Source: Candidatus Saccharimonadota bacterium
GTDB taxonomy: Bacteria; Patescibacteriota; Saccharimonadia; Saccharimonadales; Saccharimonadaceae
Direction of reading: 5' to 3'
DNA: 64,000 bases
Assembly: GCA_002726935.1 (NCBI GenBank)
Contig: PBTC01000014.1
Coordinates: forward strand, 66,218-130,217
A program made the translations under genes and the position numbers. The notes below the pieces were generated by a model. The model ran no database searches and was not told the origin of the DNA. It worked only from the letters and a program-made list of their open reading frames with translations. Every line of letters starts with the position of its first letter. The first letter of the stretch is position 1. Positions 1 to 9,186 of the stretch are shown here, one piece after another.

Positions 1-211
1 GGCACAACTCGTTGGTCGGTGATTGCATTCAAACCGTTCCGGTTTCCGGTAGTGAACGCCTTACCTTTGTTGGTATGAGTTCTATTTCCGCCCCCGTGGC
101 TGCAGGGCATATTGTCACCCCGAGGGACCATTGCTGCGGTCAATACGTCGATACAGACCAAGTTAATTAACCGGGCGCTCTCAAGTGCGCTCCGGCTTTA
201 GCGCATGGTCC

Positions 212-754
212 TCATTGGCTATCAGATCCCTTCTTCATCGTCTCCATTAGCGCCTTGAGATACTCGTCTGGGCGGCCATAGTAGAGGCGCTGTACCCCTT
301 CAAAAAACCCCAATATATCCTCGTGAGTGGTGAAAATCTTCTTGGGCAAGTGGTATGTGTACTCCTGAGAGTAGTTGAACTCAACCCGCTTGCCTTTGAT
401 GAAGAACGCCAGCAGGTGCGAGAGAATGGCCCTGGATTTGTCAGCAGAGCAGGCCCTTCCTTCATACTTCTCGATCAAGTTCACAAAGTGAGACTCGACG
501 AACTCAGAGTGCTTCATCAGGAATTGTGCGTTCCTGCTCTCAGGAAGCGCCCTTTGGGCAATCGAGTCCATGACCTGTTCAAATGGGTACATGAGAGCAA
601 AATAGAACTCTTCATACTTCCCGGCTTTTGCCAAGTCGATTGCCTTTTGGACTGCGGCATGGTTCTCCACGGCCTCGAATGCCTCGCTATTTCCTTTTGA
701 GAGAGCGTCGAGAACGCCACCAAGTGCCTCGGTGAAGGCCTTTTTGTCAGTCAT
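212..754 (-). CDS. Hypothetical protein (180 aa)
   Basis: ATG ORF preceded by GGAGAA SD-like sequence; no recognised motif. Confidence 0.6.
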   Translation of the reverse strand: MTDKKAFTEALGGVLDALSKGNSEAFEAVENHAAVQKAIDLAKAGKYEEFYFALMYPFEQVMDSIAQRALPESRNAQFLMKHSEFVESHFVNLIEKYEGRACSADKSRAILSHLLAFFIKGKRVEFNYSQEYTYHLPKKIFTTHEDILGFFEGVQRLYYGRPDEYLKALMETMKKGSDSQ

Positions 755-785
755 TGCCGGGTTCTCCTTTCAGGGGTGTTTTGGC

Positions 786-1079
786 TCAGTCTATGGAGGA
801 ATTAACCCTTTCCAGGACCCGATAGATTGCCAGCTTCATTGCCGTGCTCTTTGCGTTTGGGCCCGACTCAATGGGTGCGGATGCCTCAAATGCATCGCCA
901 CCCAAGTCTTCTCCTGGAATAGCAAAAGCGTTGCGATCAACGAAGAAAACGTTGATATTTACGGCCCCCATCGCTTCCAAAAGATGGTCTGGGTTGTGAT
1001 CGGGGTCGAAGTTTGTAGGAAGTGGGACCCCAAGTTTTCCCATCACTTCCGTAGCCACAGCGTTAAGTTTAGTTTTCAT
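786..1079 (-). CDS. Hypothetical protein (97 aa)
   Basis: ORF co-oriented with neighbours; no motif. Confidence 0.55.
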   Translation of the reverse strand: MKTKLNAVATEVMGKLGVPLPTNFDPDHNPDHLLEAMGAVNINVFFVDRNAFAIPGEDLGGDAFEASAPIESGPNAKSTAMKLAIYRVLERVNSSID

Positions 1080-1129
1080 TTTTCATATCTTTGTTTGCGC
1101 AGTGAGTCTTATTTGCTGTGTATGGGCAC

Positions 1130-1384
1130 TCATCCTTTACCTTTAACGAGGTTTGCTACCTTAAATGCCGCGAACAGAATGATCACTGCCGGGGCGACGT
1201 AAAGAAACACAAAGTTCTCCTTGTTTCCAAAAGCTTCATTCGTTTCGCTCACGAGATAGTTAATGAGGAAAATTAAACCAATGGCCACGTTGACCATCAA
1301 AATTGATTTCACGATTCCTTTTTTCAATTCGCTCTTCTCTTGAACGTTTTGTCGAGTCTGCTCGTTGCTTTGTTCGTTGGTCAT
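1130..1384 (-). CDS. Small membrane protein with two TM helices
   Basis: Two hydrophobic segments (IVKSILMVNVAIGLIFLINYL; FVFLYVAPAVIILFAAF); GAGGAA SD. Confidence 0.65.
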   Translation of the reverse strand: MTNEQSNEQTRQNVQEKSELKKGIVKSILMVNVAIGLIFLINYLVSETNEAFGNKENFVFLYVAPAVIILFAAFKVANLVKGKG

Positions 1385-1493
1385 TATTCTTTCCTCATTC
1401 GTAGAGCCATTGTTTTGTACTCTCGCGGGTTCTTCAATTTAGGGCAGTTTACAAATAATAACCCAATTACCTAATTTCATCAATATCTATCTA

Positions 1494-1522
1494 TTGACCG
1501 AAAATAAAAAAGATGCTACTAT
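1494..1522 (+). promoter_or_regulatory. Sigma70-like promoter TTGACC-17-TACTAT
   Basis: Near-consensus hexamers, 17-nt spacer, extended -10 TG. Confidence 0.65.
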
Positions 1523-1707
1523 TTATTAACGGTTGATTCACCTCCGCCCCCACCGCCAAGCGGTATCGCAAACGAATCGGCAGTGCAAACTAGACGTCAC
1601 CTTTAAATGCCTTGAGCTTTGAAGTGTCACGGGGGCACCAGGACAATTCGCCATGTGGCCATGCGTCCAAATTCAATAAAGCTCAGGTTATTTTAAGGAA
1701 TGACACC

Positions 1708-2403
1708 ATGACATCATTGTCCAATGCAATCAAAGTGGCCATCCAGGCGACTAAAGAGTCCGCCTCCACTCCCGGTATCCACCATACAGTCCTCCTGAAC
1801 GACGTCGCCTCGCGTCTGGGGTACAAGAACTTCAGGGCATTGGTGGCTTCTGAGCAAAGTTCGGGGGTCTCCCAAGCTGAATCAGATTCGCCTCGTACAT
1901 TCGATTTTGAGCCCTTCACTCTGTACTGCTACAGCAGCGATGATTTGGTTTCTGTTGTTTCATACAAGATTGATGGTGAGTTGCTTTCGCGCTTGTTTGA
2001 GTTTTCAGTAGCTGCAAAGAGACTGCGCACGGATGTTTCGCATACCTACTGGCAAGAAGAAGCCATTGAGCCAAGAACCTCCATGGCTTCTCGCCCTGTC
2101 GTCTCTCCAGGCGGTGGCGTTGGACTCGAAGCCGAGGTCTACGACAAGCACTCTTGTGAAAACATTAGCACCTACGGCGAAGTGGAGGTAGAGGTGCTTT
2201 ACGCGCTTGTTTCCGGTGTGAATCCCCAAAACCTACCCGCAGTTGCGGTCGATTACATCTGGGACGATGTCACACGCTCCTTCTACATGCTGTCTGATGT
2301 GAATGAGCCTGAGGATTGGATTGAGGTTTCAACACCTTCTATCGAGTCACTGCTTGGTGAGTATGAAGATCTGTGCAGATCAGGCGAGAACGAAGAGGCC
2401 TAA
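1708..2403 (+). CDS. Hypothetical protein with shared N-terminal helical module
   Basis: ATG at 1708 after AAGGA SD (ORF track starts at 1612); N-term HHTVLLNDVASRLGYKNFRALVA. Confidence 0.7.
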   Translation: MTSLSNAIKVAIQATKESASTPGIHHTVLLNDVASRLGYKNFRALVASEQSSGVSQAESDSPRTFDFEPFTLYCYSSDDLVSVVSYKIDGELLSRLFEFSVAAKRLRTDVSHTYWQEEAIEPRTSMASRPVVSPGGGVGLEAEVYDKHSCENISTYGEVEVEVLYALVSGVNPQNLPAVAVDYIWDDVTRSFYMLSDVNEPEDWIEVSTPSIESLLGEYEDLCRSGENEEA

Positions 2404-2508
2404 CAGGCTTGGCCTGGATCCGACAATGGTTTCAGGCCCGTTTTCAAAACATCACAAAAGTCACGACTGACTTACATTTAATCCGAAAATATAGCTAAGC
2501 TACACAAA

Positions 2509-3195
2509 GTGTACTTTGGCTATATTTTCACTTCAATGCCTCTTAAAAAGCAGAAAGTTGATCTCCCAATGGTCGTTGGGCGGTGGCGGCATCGAATTAA
2601 GGATGGCCGCCTTCCCGAACCTGTCAAGCGGTTGGATTTTCCTCCCCATGGGATCATCGCCAATCGCATCCGAATCAAGCCCCAGCCCTATCCCTTGGAG
2701 ATACAGGACTGTTATTTCAAAGTCGGCAAATACTTCAGCTTGGTCTACAAGGGGAAAATTGGCTCCTACGAGCAATGGTCAAACGCAGCCGGCATCCCAA
2801 TACTCACGCTGCGCGAGCGCATCAATTCAGGTCGTCATAGCATGGATGAGGTGATGAGCAAGACGCCTTTGAATATCACGGATCATTCAAAAGACAGGCG
2901 TTTTGCTGAGAAGTATTGTCGCTGTAAGTTTTGCCTTAAGGCCAGAGTAAAAGAGTGGGAGGAGTCTCTCTCCCCTTATCCAACTGACAATCCACAGGAC
3001 AAGGGGGCGATTTTTGAGAGAAATGATCTTTCGAAATTCATTCTTTATAAAAACAAGATTTTGAGCCTTGAGGATCTTGCCAGGAAGCTGAAGATGGATT
3101 ACCAGACACTTCATGCCAGGATCTTTAGGTATGGCTGGACCCTAGAAAAGACATTCAATACCCCGGTGAGAAAAAAGCGGTCTACAAATGAGTAA
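2509..3195 (+). CDS. Putative DNA-binding protein with two repeated helix-turn-helix-like modules
   Basis: Two copies of a Y(K)GK..s..ew....gi...tL..RI..g module, of the kind seen beside HNH domains in phage proteins; no HNH motif recognised. Confidence 0.55.
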   Translation: MYFGYIFTSMPLKKQKVDLPMVVGRWRHRIKDGRLPEPVKRLDFPPHGIIANRIRIKPQPYPLEIQDCYFKVGKYFSLVYKGKIGSYEQWSNAAGIPILTLRERINSGRHSMDEVMSKTPLNITDHSKDRRFAEKYCRCKFCLKARVKEWEESLSPYPTDNPQDKGAIFERNDLSKFILYKNKILSLEDLARKLKMDYQTLHARIFRYGWTLEKTFNTPVRKKRSTNE

Positions 3196-3236
3196 TGTCT
3201 GTGTGCAAACCGGTTGGCGTTGCGGGAAGCAAACAT

Positions 3237-3635
3237 CTACATTCCCGGATCTCTCTTTCTTTGCAGGGGTACAACCAACGATCGAATTTTCTCAAGGGCT
3301 TTGTTCCCGTCAACTGGGCCGTTGGTGATCGAGGGCGCGGCAGGCGTCCAGCAATCTTCCGATTGTTTCCTGAAATACACGCCATGGCAATGCCAGTATT
3401 CCTCAACACCTTCGGCCCTGAGGACGCAAAAAGGCGTCTGGGATTTATGCCCACCTTTCACGCTGGATTCCGTCGAAAACGCGCTGGTGCCGTCTTCTCT
3501 TGAATTGACTGCGTGGGAAATTGTGTAGCTGTCCACGGACTTCACGGGTCGGTAGATGCGACCATCGTCCTTAACGAATAAACCGCGCTTGTCTTTAGAG
3601 ATCTTCATAGTTGATCCTGTTTTTATGGGGGGCAA
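3237..3635 (-). CDS. Hypothetical protein
   Basis: ORF downstream of rdgC, same strand; true start may be the second Met. Confidence 0.5.
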   Translation of the reverse strand: MPPIKTGSTMKISKDKRGLFVKDDGRIYRPVKSVDSYTISHAVNSREDGTSAFSTESSVKGGHKSQTPFCVLRAEGVEEYWHCHGVYFRKQSEDCWTPAAPSITNGPVDGNKALEKIRSLVVPLQRKRDPGM

Positions 3636-3674
3636 TGATGTGGGCTACCTGCCCACGACCCACTTTCAAGCTTG

Positions 3675-4583
3675 TTAAGCAGCCATTTTCTCGTGTTCAA
3701 ACATCCCGCCCAACACTTCAACCATCGCGTCGATCAGCTTTGTCAGTTCGCCGGTCATAAGAACGAAGTCTGTGTCAAAGGCGTCACCGTCGGCGTCCAT
3801 CGCGGCCTGCTCCTTGATGATATCCAAAGGGGCAATACGCTTTAGCTGCATGTTCTCATGAAGCATAAAGGAGACTTTGTCAGCCCAGGTCATGGCCAGG
3901 CGCGTGACATCCTTGCCGCCCTTGGTGTGTTTTGCGATTTCCTCAATTTCCAGAGAGTGCTTGACATAGCGCACGGTCGCGGCGTGTTCACCTCGGCTTT
4001 TCAGCTCGCAGTCCTGGTCAACTGAGAATTGCGGAGGGCTGTCATTCTCCGTAAGCCACGAGGTCATGGCGACCACAGGGGAGGTCTTGGTTTTCAATGG
4101 GATCATTGAAACGCCATTGAGTGACTTCATCAGCATTCCAATCAAGTCATCGGCTTTGTTTGAGCTTGAGGCGTCTACGATCAGCCATTTCCCCTTGGTG
4201 TCAATCCAGGCGTTGATTCGGCTGCGGATTGCAAAAGCACGGGGGAGCAATTCGTCTGTGACCGCCTCTTTGATCTCTTTCATCTGCTTGCGACCGGGCT
4301 TGTATCCCTCACGCTCCTCAATCTCGGCAGCTCGCGCCTTAGCGAACTGATTGATGACTGAAGAAGGCAAGAGCTTCTTCTCAAAGCCAAGAGAGATCAA
4401 CAAATGATCACCGGCCTTGTGCACCAAGGGCTCCCCCTCGCCTTTGGGAGAAACCCATCCTCTGGTTTGAAGGTCTCCACCGCCACACGGCAGCAAAGCC
4501 TGGCGAGAGAATTCTTCTTGCATTGATTCCAGCGTGTGTTCCCACTTCGTTAAGCGGTAGATGATCAGATTTTTAAACCACAT
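3675..4583 (-). CDS. rdgC: Recombination-associated protein RdgC
   Basis: MWFKNLIIYRL N-terminus, GWVSP, EKKLLPSSVI, DTDFVLMTGEL; 302 aa. Confidence 0.92.
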   Translation of the reverse strand: MWFKNLIIYRLTKWEHTLESMQEEFSRQALLPCGGGDLQTRGWVSPKGEGEPLVHKAGDHLLISLGFEKKLLPSSVINQFAKARAAEIEEREGYKPGRKQMKEIKEAVTDELLPRAFAIRSRINAWIDTKGKWLIVDASSSNKADDLIGMLMKSLNGVSMIPLKTKTSPVVAMTSWLTENDSPPQFSVDQDCELKSRGEHAATVRYVKHSLEIEEIAKHTKGGKDVTRLAMTWADKVSFMLHENMQLKRIAPLDIIKEQAAMDADGDAFDTDFVLMTGELTKLIDAMVEVLGGMFEHEKMAA

Positions 4584-4674
4584 GGGCAGTTTCCTTGTTT
4601 TGCAATGAGTATTGTTGATGCTTTGTTTTGAGCGTCCGCTAGATTTTCATGCGAACGCTGCGTAGTTGAATGCG

Positions 4675-5178
4675 CTATTTTTCTTGTTTGGCGGTGGAGT
4701 ACGCTTCCCTTGAGTGATACAGAGAAACCGTTCCCTTGACCGATCTTCCTTTGTTTGCAGCCAGATCCGCATAGTCGTTCCCGGCGTTGCGGTTATGCCC
4801 TCGGATCCACTGAAGGTGAATTCTGGGGTTTGACAGCAGCTCGATTCGGATTCTCATAACGGCGAATGCAGCTCTTTGGTCTGCAAGTTTCTCGATTCGT
4901 CGATTGAAGTGCTCGTCGTCTGACATGCACAGATCTACGCACCCTTGGCAATCTGAAAGTACCTGGAATTTCTGGCCTGGGTATTTCCTTGAGGTCACTT
5001 CGATCGCCAGCTTAATCGCAGCAGCTTCTGCCTGGAACGAGCTGTTCCCATATTCGGAACTAGCAACAAGTTCCACAAGTTCTTGTCCCGCATAGATTGC
5101 GAGCCCTAATCCAATTCTGCCGTCCTTATAAGACGCGTCGGCATACACTCGAAGGTTTCCTGAGGGCTTGCTGTCCAT
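4675..5178 (-). CDS. Ribonuclease HI-like protein
   Basis: VYADAS, AEAAAI, VLSDCQG, WIRGH..NAGNDYADLAA catalytic D/E/D/D pattern. Confidence 0.85.
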   Translation of the reverse strand: MDSKPSGNLRVYADASYKDGRIGLGLAIYAGQELVELVASSEYGNSSFQAEAAAIKLAIEVTSRKYPGQKFQVLSDCQGCVDLCMSDDEHFNRRIEKLADQRAAFAVMRIRIELLSNPRIHLQWIRGHNRNAGNDYADLAANKGRSVKGTVSLYHSREAYSTAKQEK

Positions 5179-5382
5179 GCGATCTCCTTGCTGTTGCTGA
5201 CCTTAAATCAATTGTATTTCTGAGCCCTTTCAAAGAAGTATTAATTTCGCTAGTGGAAAAGCAGCTATCTCTTTATTTAATAATACCATTTTATTAATAT
5301 GCAGGCAACAAGTCTTTAGCTTTCATATCATAAATTGAACTAAAAGGATTAAACGGTTATGATTGAAATGTTTTATTAACAA

Positions 5383-6255
5383 TTGAAAAAAGGTGTTCTT
5401 TTGAACGATACAACCGCAGGGGCTGCACATATCCGTGAGGCTGCAAGTCGCTCCAAACCCCTTTTGGTTAGGGGTGTCCGGCTGGACAAGATCAACTTTC
5501 CTGTTCGCGTAGAGCATGCTCAGCTAGATATGAACGAACGTTTGGACGCCAGGCATTCGCGCATTGACATACTTGAGCTTTCAATCGAGGCTCATTACGG
5601 TTATCAAAATTTGACGCATCAGTCATTTGATGGGCTCTGGAACTATCGCCCTCTATATGACTTGGTTTGCGAAAGTGATGTCCCTACACTAACTGGACCT
5701 CTTGAAGGGCAGCTCGATCTCGCATTGCAAGTTATCCAGGAGAGCATGAAATCACAGGGCGTTGACTTTGCACATGCCGAGGTTCGTGCGGTTCGAAAGG
5801 GTCTTTCTGTCGGCTCTCCTGTGCTGAAAAGAATTGCGGGCTCTCAGCCCTCCTTTGAGTTCCCCTGCTTTGATGTTCGCTCGGCAGGGATACAGGATTT
5901 CGCGTTGTCTCTGGCGGTGGATCATTCATGGTGCGCAGAGTTAGATCGCATCGAGCACAAAGATATTCGCAACGAAACAGGCTTAGTGACCTTTGATGTT
6001 TACACGCGAGGAGAGCCCTTGTGTGCCAGTTCGCTGAAAGGTCTAATCAATTACGTTTCTACTGTCGAACTCCTTGACAAGTATCAGGGCCGAGTAATCA
6101 ATGAGCCTGCAGAGTATGTCGTGGAATTGGTAAGGTCGGCCGTTGAACGAGAGGCAAGAAAACAAAACTTAGAGCTTCTAGGGGTTGATATCGAACTCAC
6201 GCGAACCGGTTATGCTCGAGCCACGCCCACTTTGACTCTGAAGGCTAGGTACTGA
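5383..6255 (+). CDS. Hypothetical protein (290 aa)
   Basis: Long ORF, TTG start, two weakly similar halves. Confidence 0.6.
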   Translation: MKKGVLLNDTTAGAAHIREAASRSKPLLVRGVRLDKINFPVRVEHAQLDMNERLDARHSRIDILELSIEAHYGYQNLTHQSFDGLWNYRPLYDLVCESDVPTLTGPLEGQLDLALQVIQESMKSQGVDFAHAEVRAVRKGLSVGSPVLKRIAGSQPSFEFPCFDVRSAGIQDFALSLAVDHSWCAELDRIEHKDIRNETGLVTFDVYTRGEPLCASSLKGLINYVSTVELLDKYQGRVINEPAEYVVELVRSAVEREARKQNLELLGVDIELTRTGYARATPTLTLKARY

Positions 6256-6257
6256 GC

Positions 6258-6797
6258 GTGGAGGTGTTTCAGCACCCTGATCTTTATGGCTATATAGGCA
6301 TGGCCCTGTCCATGTTCAGCTTCGTACTTAAAAACGATAGCAATTTATTGAAAGTAAACTTTTTTGCAGCGATTTTCTGGGCGCTCAACGGTCTTTTGGT
6401 TGGCTCGATGACCGCCTTTTTGACGCAAATTGTTGGTGCTGTGGTGACTCTATACCGGCTGTTTGATCAATCAGAGGCTAGGGTTCTTCGTGCAGGCATA
6501 GTCGCTTTGCTTGCTTGCATTTTTCTTTCTTGGTGGAGCTGGGCTGGGCCTCACTCATTACCGGTGGCCGTAGCTACACTTTTCCTTGTTTCAGCCTTGG
6601 CTTTGGCGAAAGGGTTGTCTATAAGGATTTTATTTGTGGCGGCCAATACTGCCTTTTTGCTCCACGCGTACTTGTATAGCTCGACCCCGCAAATCATTGC
6701 GACCCTAGTGGCCTATCCTTTCCTCTTCGCGGGACTTTACCGGTTGGTGTCGGCAAGGGGCGACTCCTTGGTGACCGTAGAGCCGATCAAGTCTTGA
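6258..6797 (+). CDS. YgjV-like inner membrane protein
   Basis: Multi-TM; GYIGMALSMFSFVLKND..LLKV pattern typical of YgjV. Confidence 0.65.
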   Translation: MEVFQHPDLYGYIGMALSMFSFVLKNDSNLLKVNFFAAIFWALNGLLVGSMTAFLTQIVGAVVTLYRLFDQSEARVLRAGIVALLACIFLSWWSWAGPHSLPVAVATLFLVSALALAKGLSIRILFVAANTAFLLHAYLYSSTPQIIATLVAYPFLFAGLYRLVSARGDSLVTVEPIKS

Positions 6798-6801
6798 AAT
6801 T

Positions 6802-7638
6802 TTAGAGCCCTACCTTCGGGCAGTTGTGCTTTGAATTCGAGAGATGTTTCGGTTCGGTAGCCGTGTGCAAGGGCGGTAGATCTAAGTCATTGCTGTAACC
6901 TTTCTCATACCAAAGCGGCCTGTCGCATGAGATCAACCTTGTCGGATCAGGGCAAACAATGCGATGGGCTCTCAATATGTCTTTCCCTTCTTCTGCGTGG
7001 TGCCAAGGGCTCGTTAGTGTGATTGTTTCAAATCCGGCTTTGAGGGCCTTGCGCAGAACGGCCTCTCCTTCCCGGTCCCACCGGTCTTGTGTGATTGGCA
7101 GGCATCGGCCGTGGTCAACGTACATCAGGTCTTTTCTGCTGGCGGTGGTCGGGATGGATTCCAATGCGCAGAGTATGCCGATGTCATCGAGGTTGGCCCC
7201 GCCTTGGTATGCCTGGTACGGACTAAACCGGCTGATCTTTGATTCGTCCAGAGCACAGACCTCTGACAGGCCGTAGCGGTCATATGTCACTACCAGATCA
7301 TATCCAGCTTGCCTGATCTCCCCGCTTAGGATTTTTCCCGTCGCGCCACCGAATTGACGGCTCAGCTCGTCTTTCCAATTGGTATGCTCGATGAAGAGCG
7401 CTTTCTCGTACCTTACCGCGCCATAGTGGGTCTGTGGAGAGGAAAACCAAGGTCGCTTAAAATCGCGCTCGAGCATGTAGACACCCCAGGGTTCAATCTC
7501 CGTGCGGAACGCTATACGGGTGGTGTCGGTCAACCCCCGCCGCACGCCCGACACGTCACGCCTAAACATGAAATACCGATCGCCTTCAAATTCCATGAAT
7601 GCGGGGTCGGTAGATATTTTTCGTGGGAGCTGCTTCAT
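6802..7638 (-). CDS. Hypothetical protein, possibly a divergent ART-PolyVal-like domain
   Basis: GATGKILSGEIRQAGYDLVVT...SEV segment resembles the GyDgi..E.v C-terminal part of ART-PolyVal. Confidence 0.5.
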   Translation of the reverse strand: MKQLPRKISTDPAFMEFEGDRYFMFRRDVSGVRRGLTDTTRIAFRTEIEPWGVYMLERDFKRPWFSSPQTHYGAVRYEKALFIEHTNWKDELSRQFGGATGKILSGEIRQAGYDLVVTYDRYGLSEVCALDESKISRFSPYQAYQGGANLDDIGILCALESIPTTASRKDLMYVDHGRCLPITQDRWDREGEAVLRKALKAGFETITLTSPWHHAEEGKDILRAHRIVCPDPTRLISCDRPLWYEKGYSNDLDLPPLHTATEPKHLSNSKHNCPKVGL

Positions 7639-7644
7639 CTTTCC

Positions 7645-7971
7645 TTAGAAGCTGAGGCCTGAGCTTGGGCGTGGCTTAGGTTGCGGAGTCGGCTCAAGGC
7701 CCTTTTGGATGCAGAATTCAATGGCCTCGCGTGATGCGGTATCGTATTGGCCAATGTCAGGCATCCAACGGCTTAACGCTCTGAACCTCTGGAATGCGGT
7801 TTGCATGGCGTTTTCACCATCGATCACCACGCCGTTTCCGCGCAACTCCTTGATGTAGCCGATCGACTCGCGCAGGTATTCTTTCAGTTTCTCGTTCAGA
7901 TCCTGGAACCCATCTTCGCTTTCGTAAAGTTCAAAAGGGTTCTTCTCGGCCATTAGTTTTTCAAAGCTCAT
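7645..7971 (-). CDS. Hypothetical protein with Pro/Ser/Lys C-tail (PKPRPSSGLSF)
   Basis: ORF with GGAGAA SD. Confidence 0.65.
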   Translation of the reverse strand: MSFEKLMAEKNPFELYESEDGFQDLNEKLKEYLRESIGYIKELRGNGVVIDGENAMQTAFQRFRALSRWMPDIGQYDTASREAIEFCIQKGLEPTPQPKPRPSSGLSF

Positions 7972-7995
7972 GACTTCTCCTTGTGGTGGCGGCGA

Positions 7996-8625
7996 TCACA
8001 TTGAGGGGCCTTTGGATGCAGGCTTCAGTGCTGGTGGAAAAGGAAAAGATCCTGCTCTTAGCAGCTTGTTGAGACCCTCTGCCTGATCCTCTCTGAGGGC
8101 GCCCAGTCCCACCAGTGTCTCTATGCTGTAAGACAGCTCTTCGAGTTGATCTTCGTTGAGTCCTGGGTAGCTCTTTGAATCAGGCTCTTTTCCAGAAAGG
8201 TGCGCGTCGTCAAACTTCTCTTTTCTAAAGCCTTCAAGCAGATTGTTTTTTAGCGTTGGGGAGATCTCTTCATCCAGTGCGTCGATGAAATGAAAAGCAT
8301 TGTCCTGTTGAAGCTCAGCTTCATCCTCCTCGCCCCAGACCGTGACCTGCACCGTTTCATTGGGGTCAAAAGGCTCTTCCGTTATGAAATAACCCACAGA
8401 ATTCACCACATGGAACCCGGAGACGATGTAGCTGAGGCCATCTACCTCCAGCTCAGTCCACACTTTGTTGGGGTCGGCCTTGACCACTTCCCCAAACTCA
8501 GGCTGCTTCTTCCCTATGCGCGTAAAGACAACCCCATTTTCTTCCAGGTTCTCGTGTAACCCAGATTCAGAGCCAAAAGAGAACTCTTGGGGTTTGTATT
8601 TCTCGGCCCATTCATCGCGTTGCAT
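7996..8625 (-). CDS. Acidic hypothetical protein with C-tail KPASKGPSM
   Basis: ORF with SD; VWTELEVDG..IVSGFHVVNSVGYFITEEP domain. Confidence 0.7.
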   Translation of the reverse strand: MQRDEWAEKYKPQEFSFGSESGLHENLEENGVVFTRIGKKQPEFGEVVKADPNKVWTELEVDGLSYIVSGFHVVNSVGYFITEEPFDPNETVQVTVWGEEDEAELQQDNAFHFIDALDEEISPTLKNNLLEGFRKEKFDDAHLSGKEPDSKSYPGLNEDQLEELSYSIETLVGLGALREDQAEGLNKLLRAGSFPFPPALKPASKGPSM

Positions 8626-8767
8626 AGTGTTGTCCCTTTGATTTCAATTTCTCTAATTCTCTTTTTCATTGATTTTTAAGTCCAGACAAGCCGTATCGAG
8701 AAAAGCAGAGGGTTGCAAAGCACTGAGCGTTGGATTCTTCCCTGCTTGAATTGCTCGCTCTCTTGTG

Positions 8768-8786
8768 TCAATATATTGATATATCA
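8768..8786. promoter_or_regulatory. Overlapping palindromes TCAATATATTGA and TGATATATCA upstream of the hipB-like gene (candidate operator)
   Basis: Two perfect palindromes 20-38 nt upstream of ATG 8806; HipB-type antitoxins autorepress via palindromes. Confidence 0.45.
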
Positions 8787-8805
8787 GTATAAAAGAATTT
8801 GCAAA

Positions 8806-9186
8806 ATGAAAAATTTAGGCGCTTTCAAAACCCAACGAGAAGCCTTGATCGCATCAAAGGTCCTGAGAAATGAGCCGCCCCTTGTAATCGCGGCGACGAA
8901 CCTGAGGTATCACCGGCACATGAAGAAGCTCACCGTGCGAGAGGCAGCGGAGCTTTGCTCAATGGCGGTTGGGACCTACACGTCCTTGGAAAAAGGAAAC
9001 CCAGGTAGCGGCGCGGACAATCTTCTAAAGGCCCTAACTGTCATGGGTGTTGACCTGAAGAAAGCTTTTGTTGCCTTGGACATGCCCCAAGGTGGGGTAG
9101 TCACGGAAATTGTTAATGGTAAAGCGCGAAGAAGTTTTCCTGAGACTAATTCTGTATGGCTTAGGTCACGGGGGATGATGCCTTGA
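8806..9186 (+). CDS. XRE-family HTH antitoxin (HipB-like)
   Basis: LTVREAAELCSMAVGTYTSLEKGNPG HTH; overlaps hipA start. Confidence 0.8.
   Translation: MKNLGAFKTQREALIASKVLRNEPPLVIAATNLRYHRHMKKLTVREAAELCSMAVGTYTSLEKGNPGSGADNLLKALTVMGVDLKKAFVALDMPQGGVVTEIVNGKARRSFPETNSVWLRSRGMMP

Noticed and set aside
1612-1707. ORF-track upstream starts (also 8713, 11503, 19413, 39826, 42051, 55688, 62189)
   Set aside because: They run through leaders or upstream genes; downstream ATG/GTG codons fit better (SD position or overlap with the upstream gene)
5383-6255. GTP cyclohydrolase FolE2 / T-fold enzyme
   Set aside because: Faint N-terminal resemblance only; the HMSR and CPCS motifs are absent
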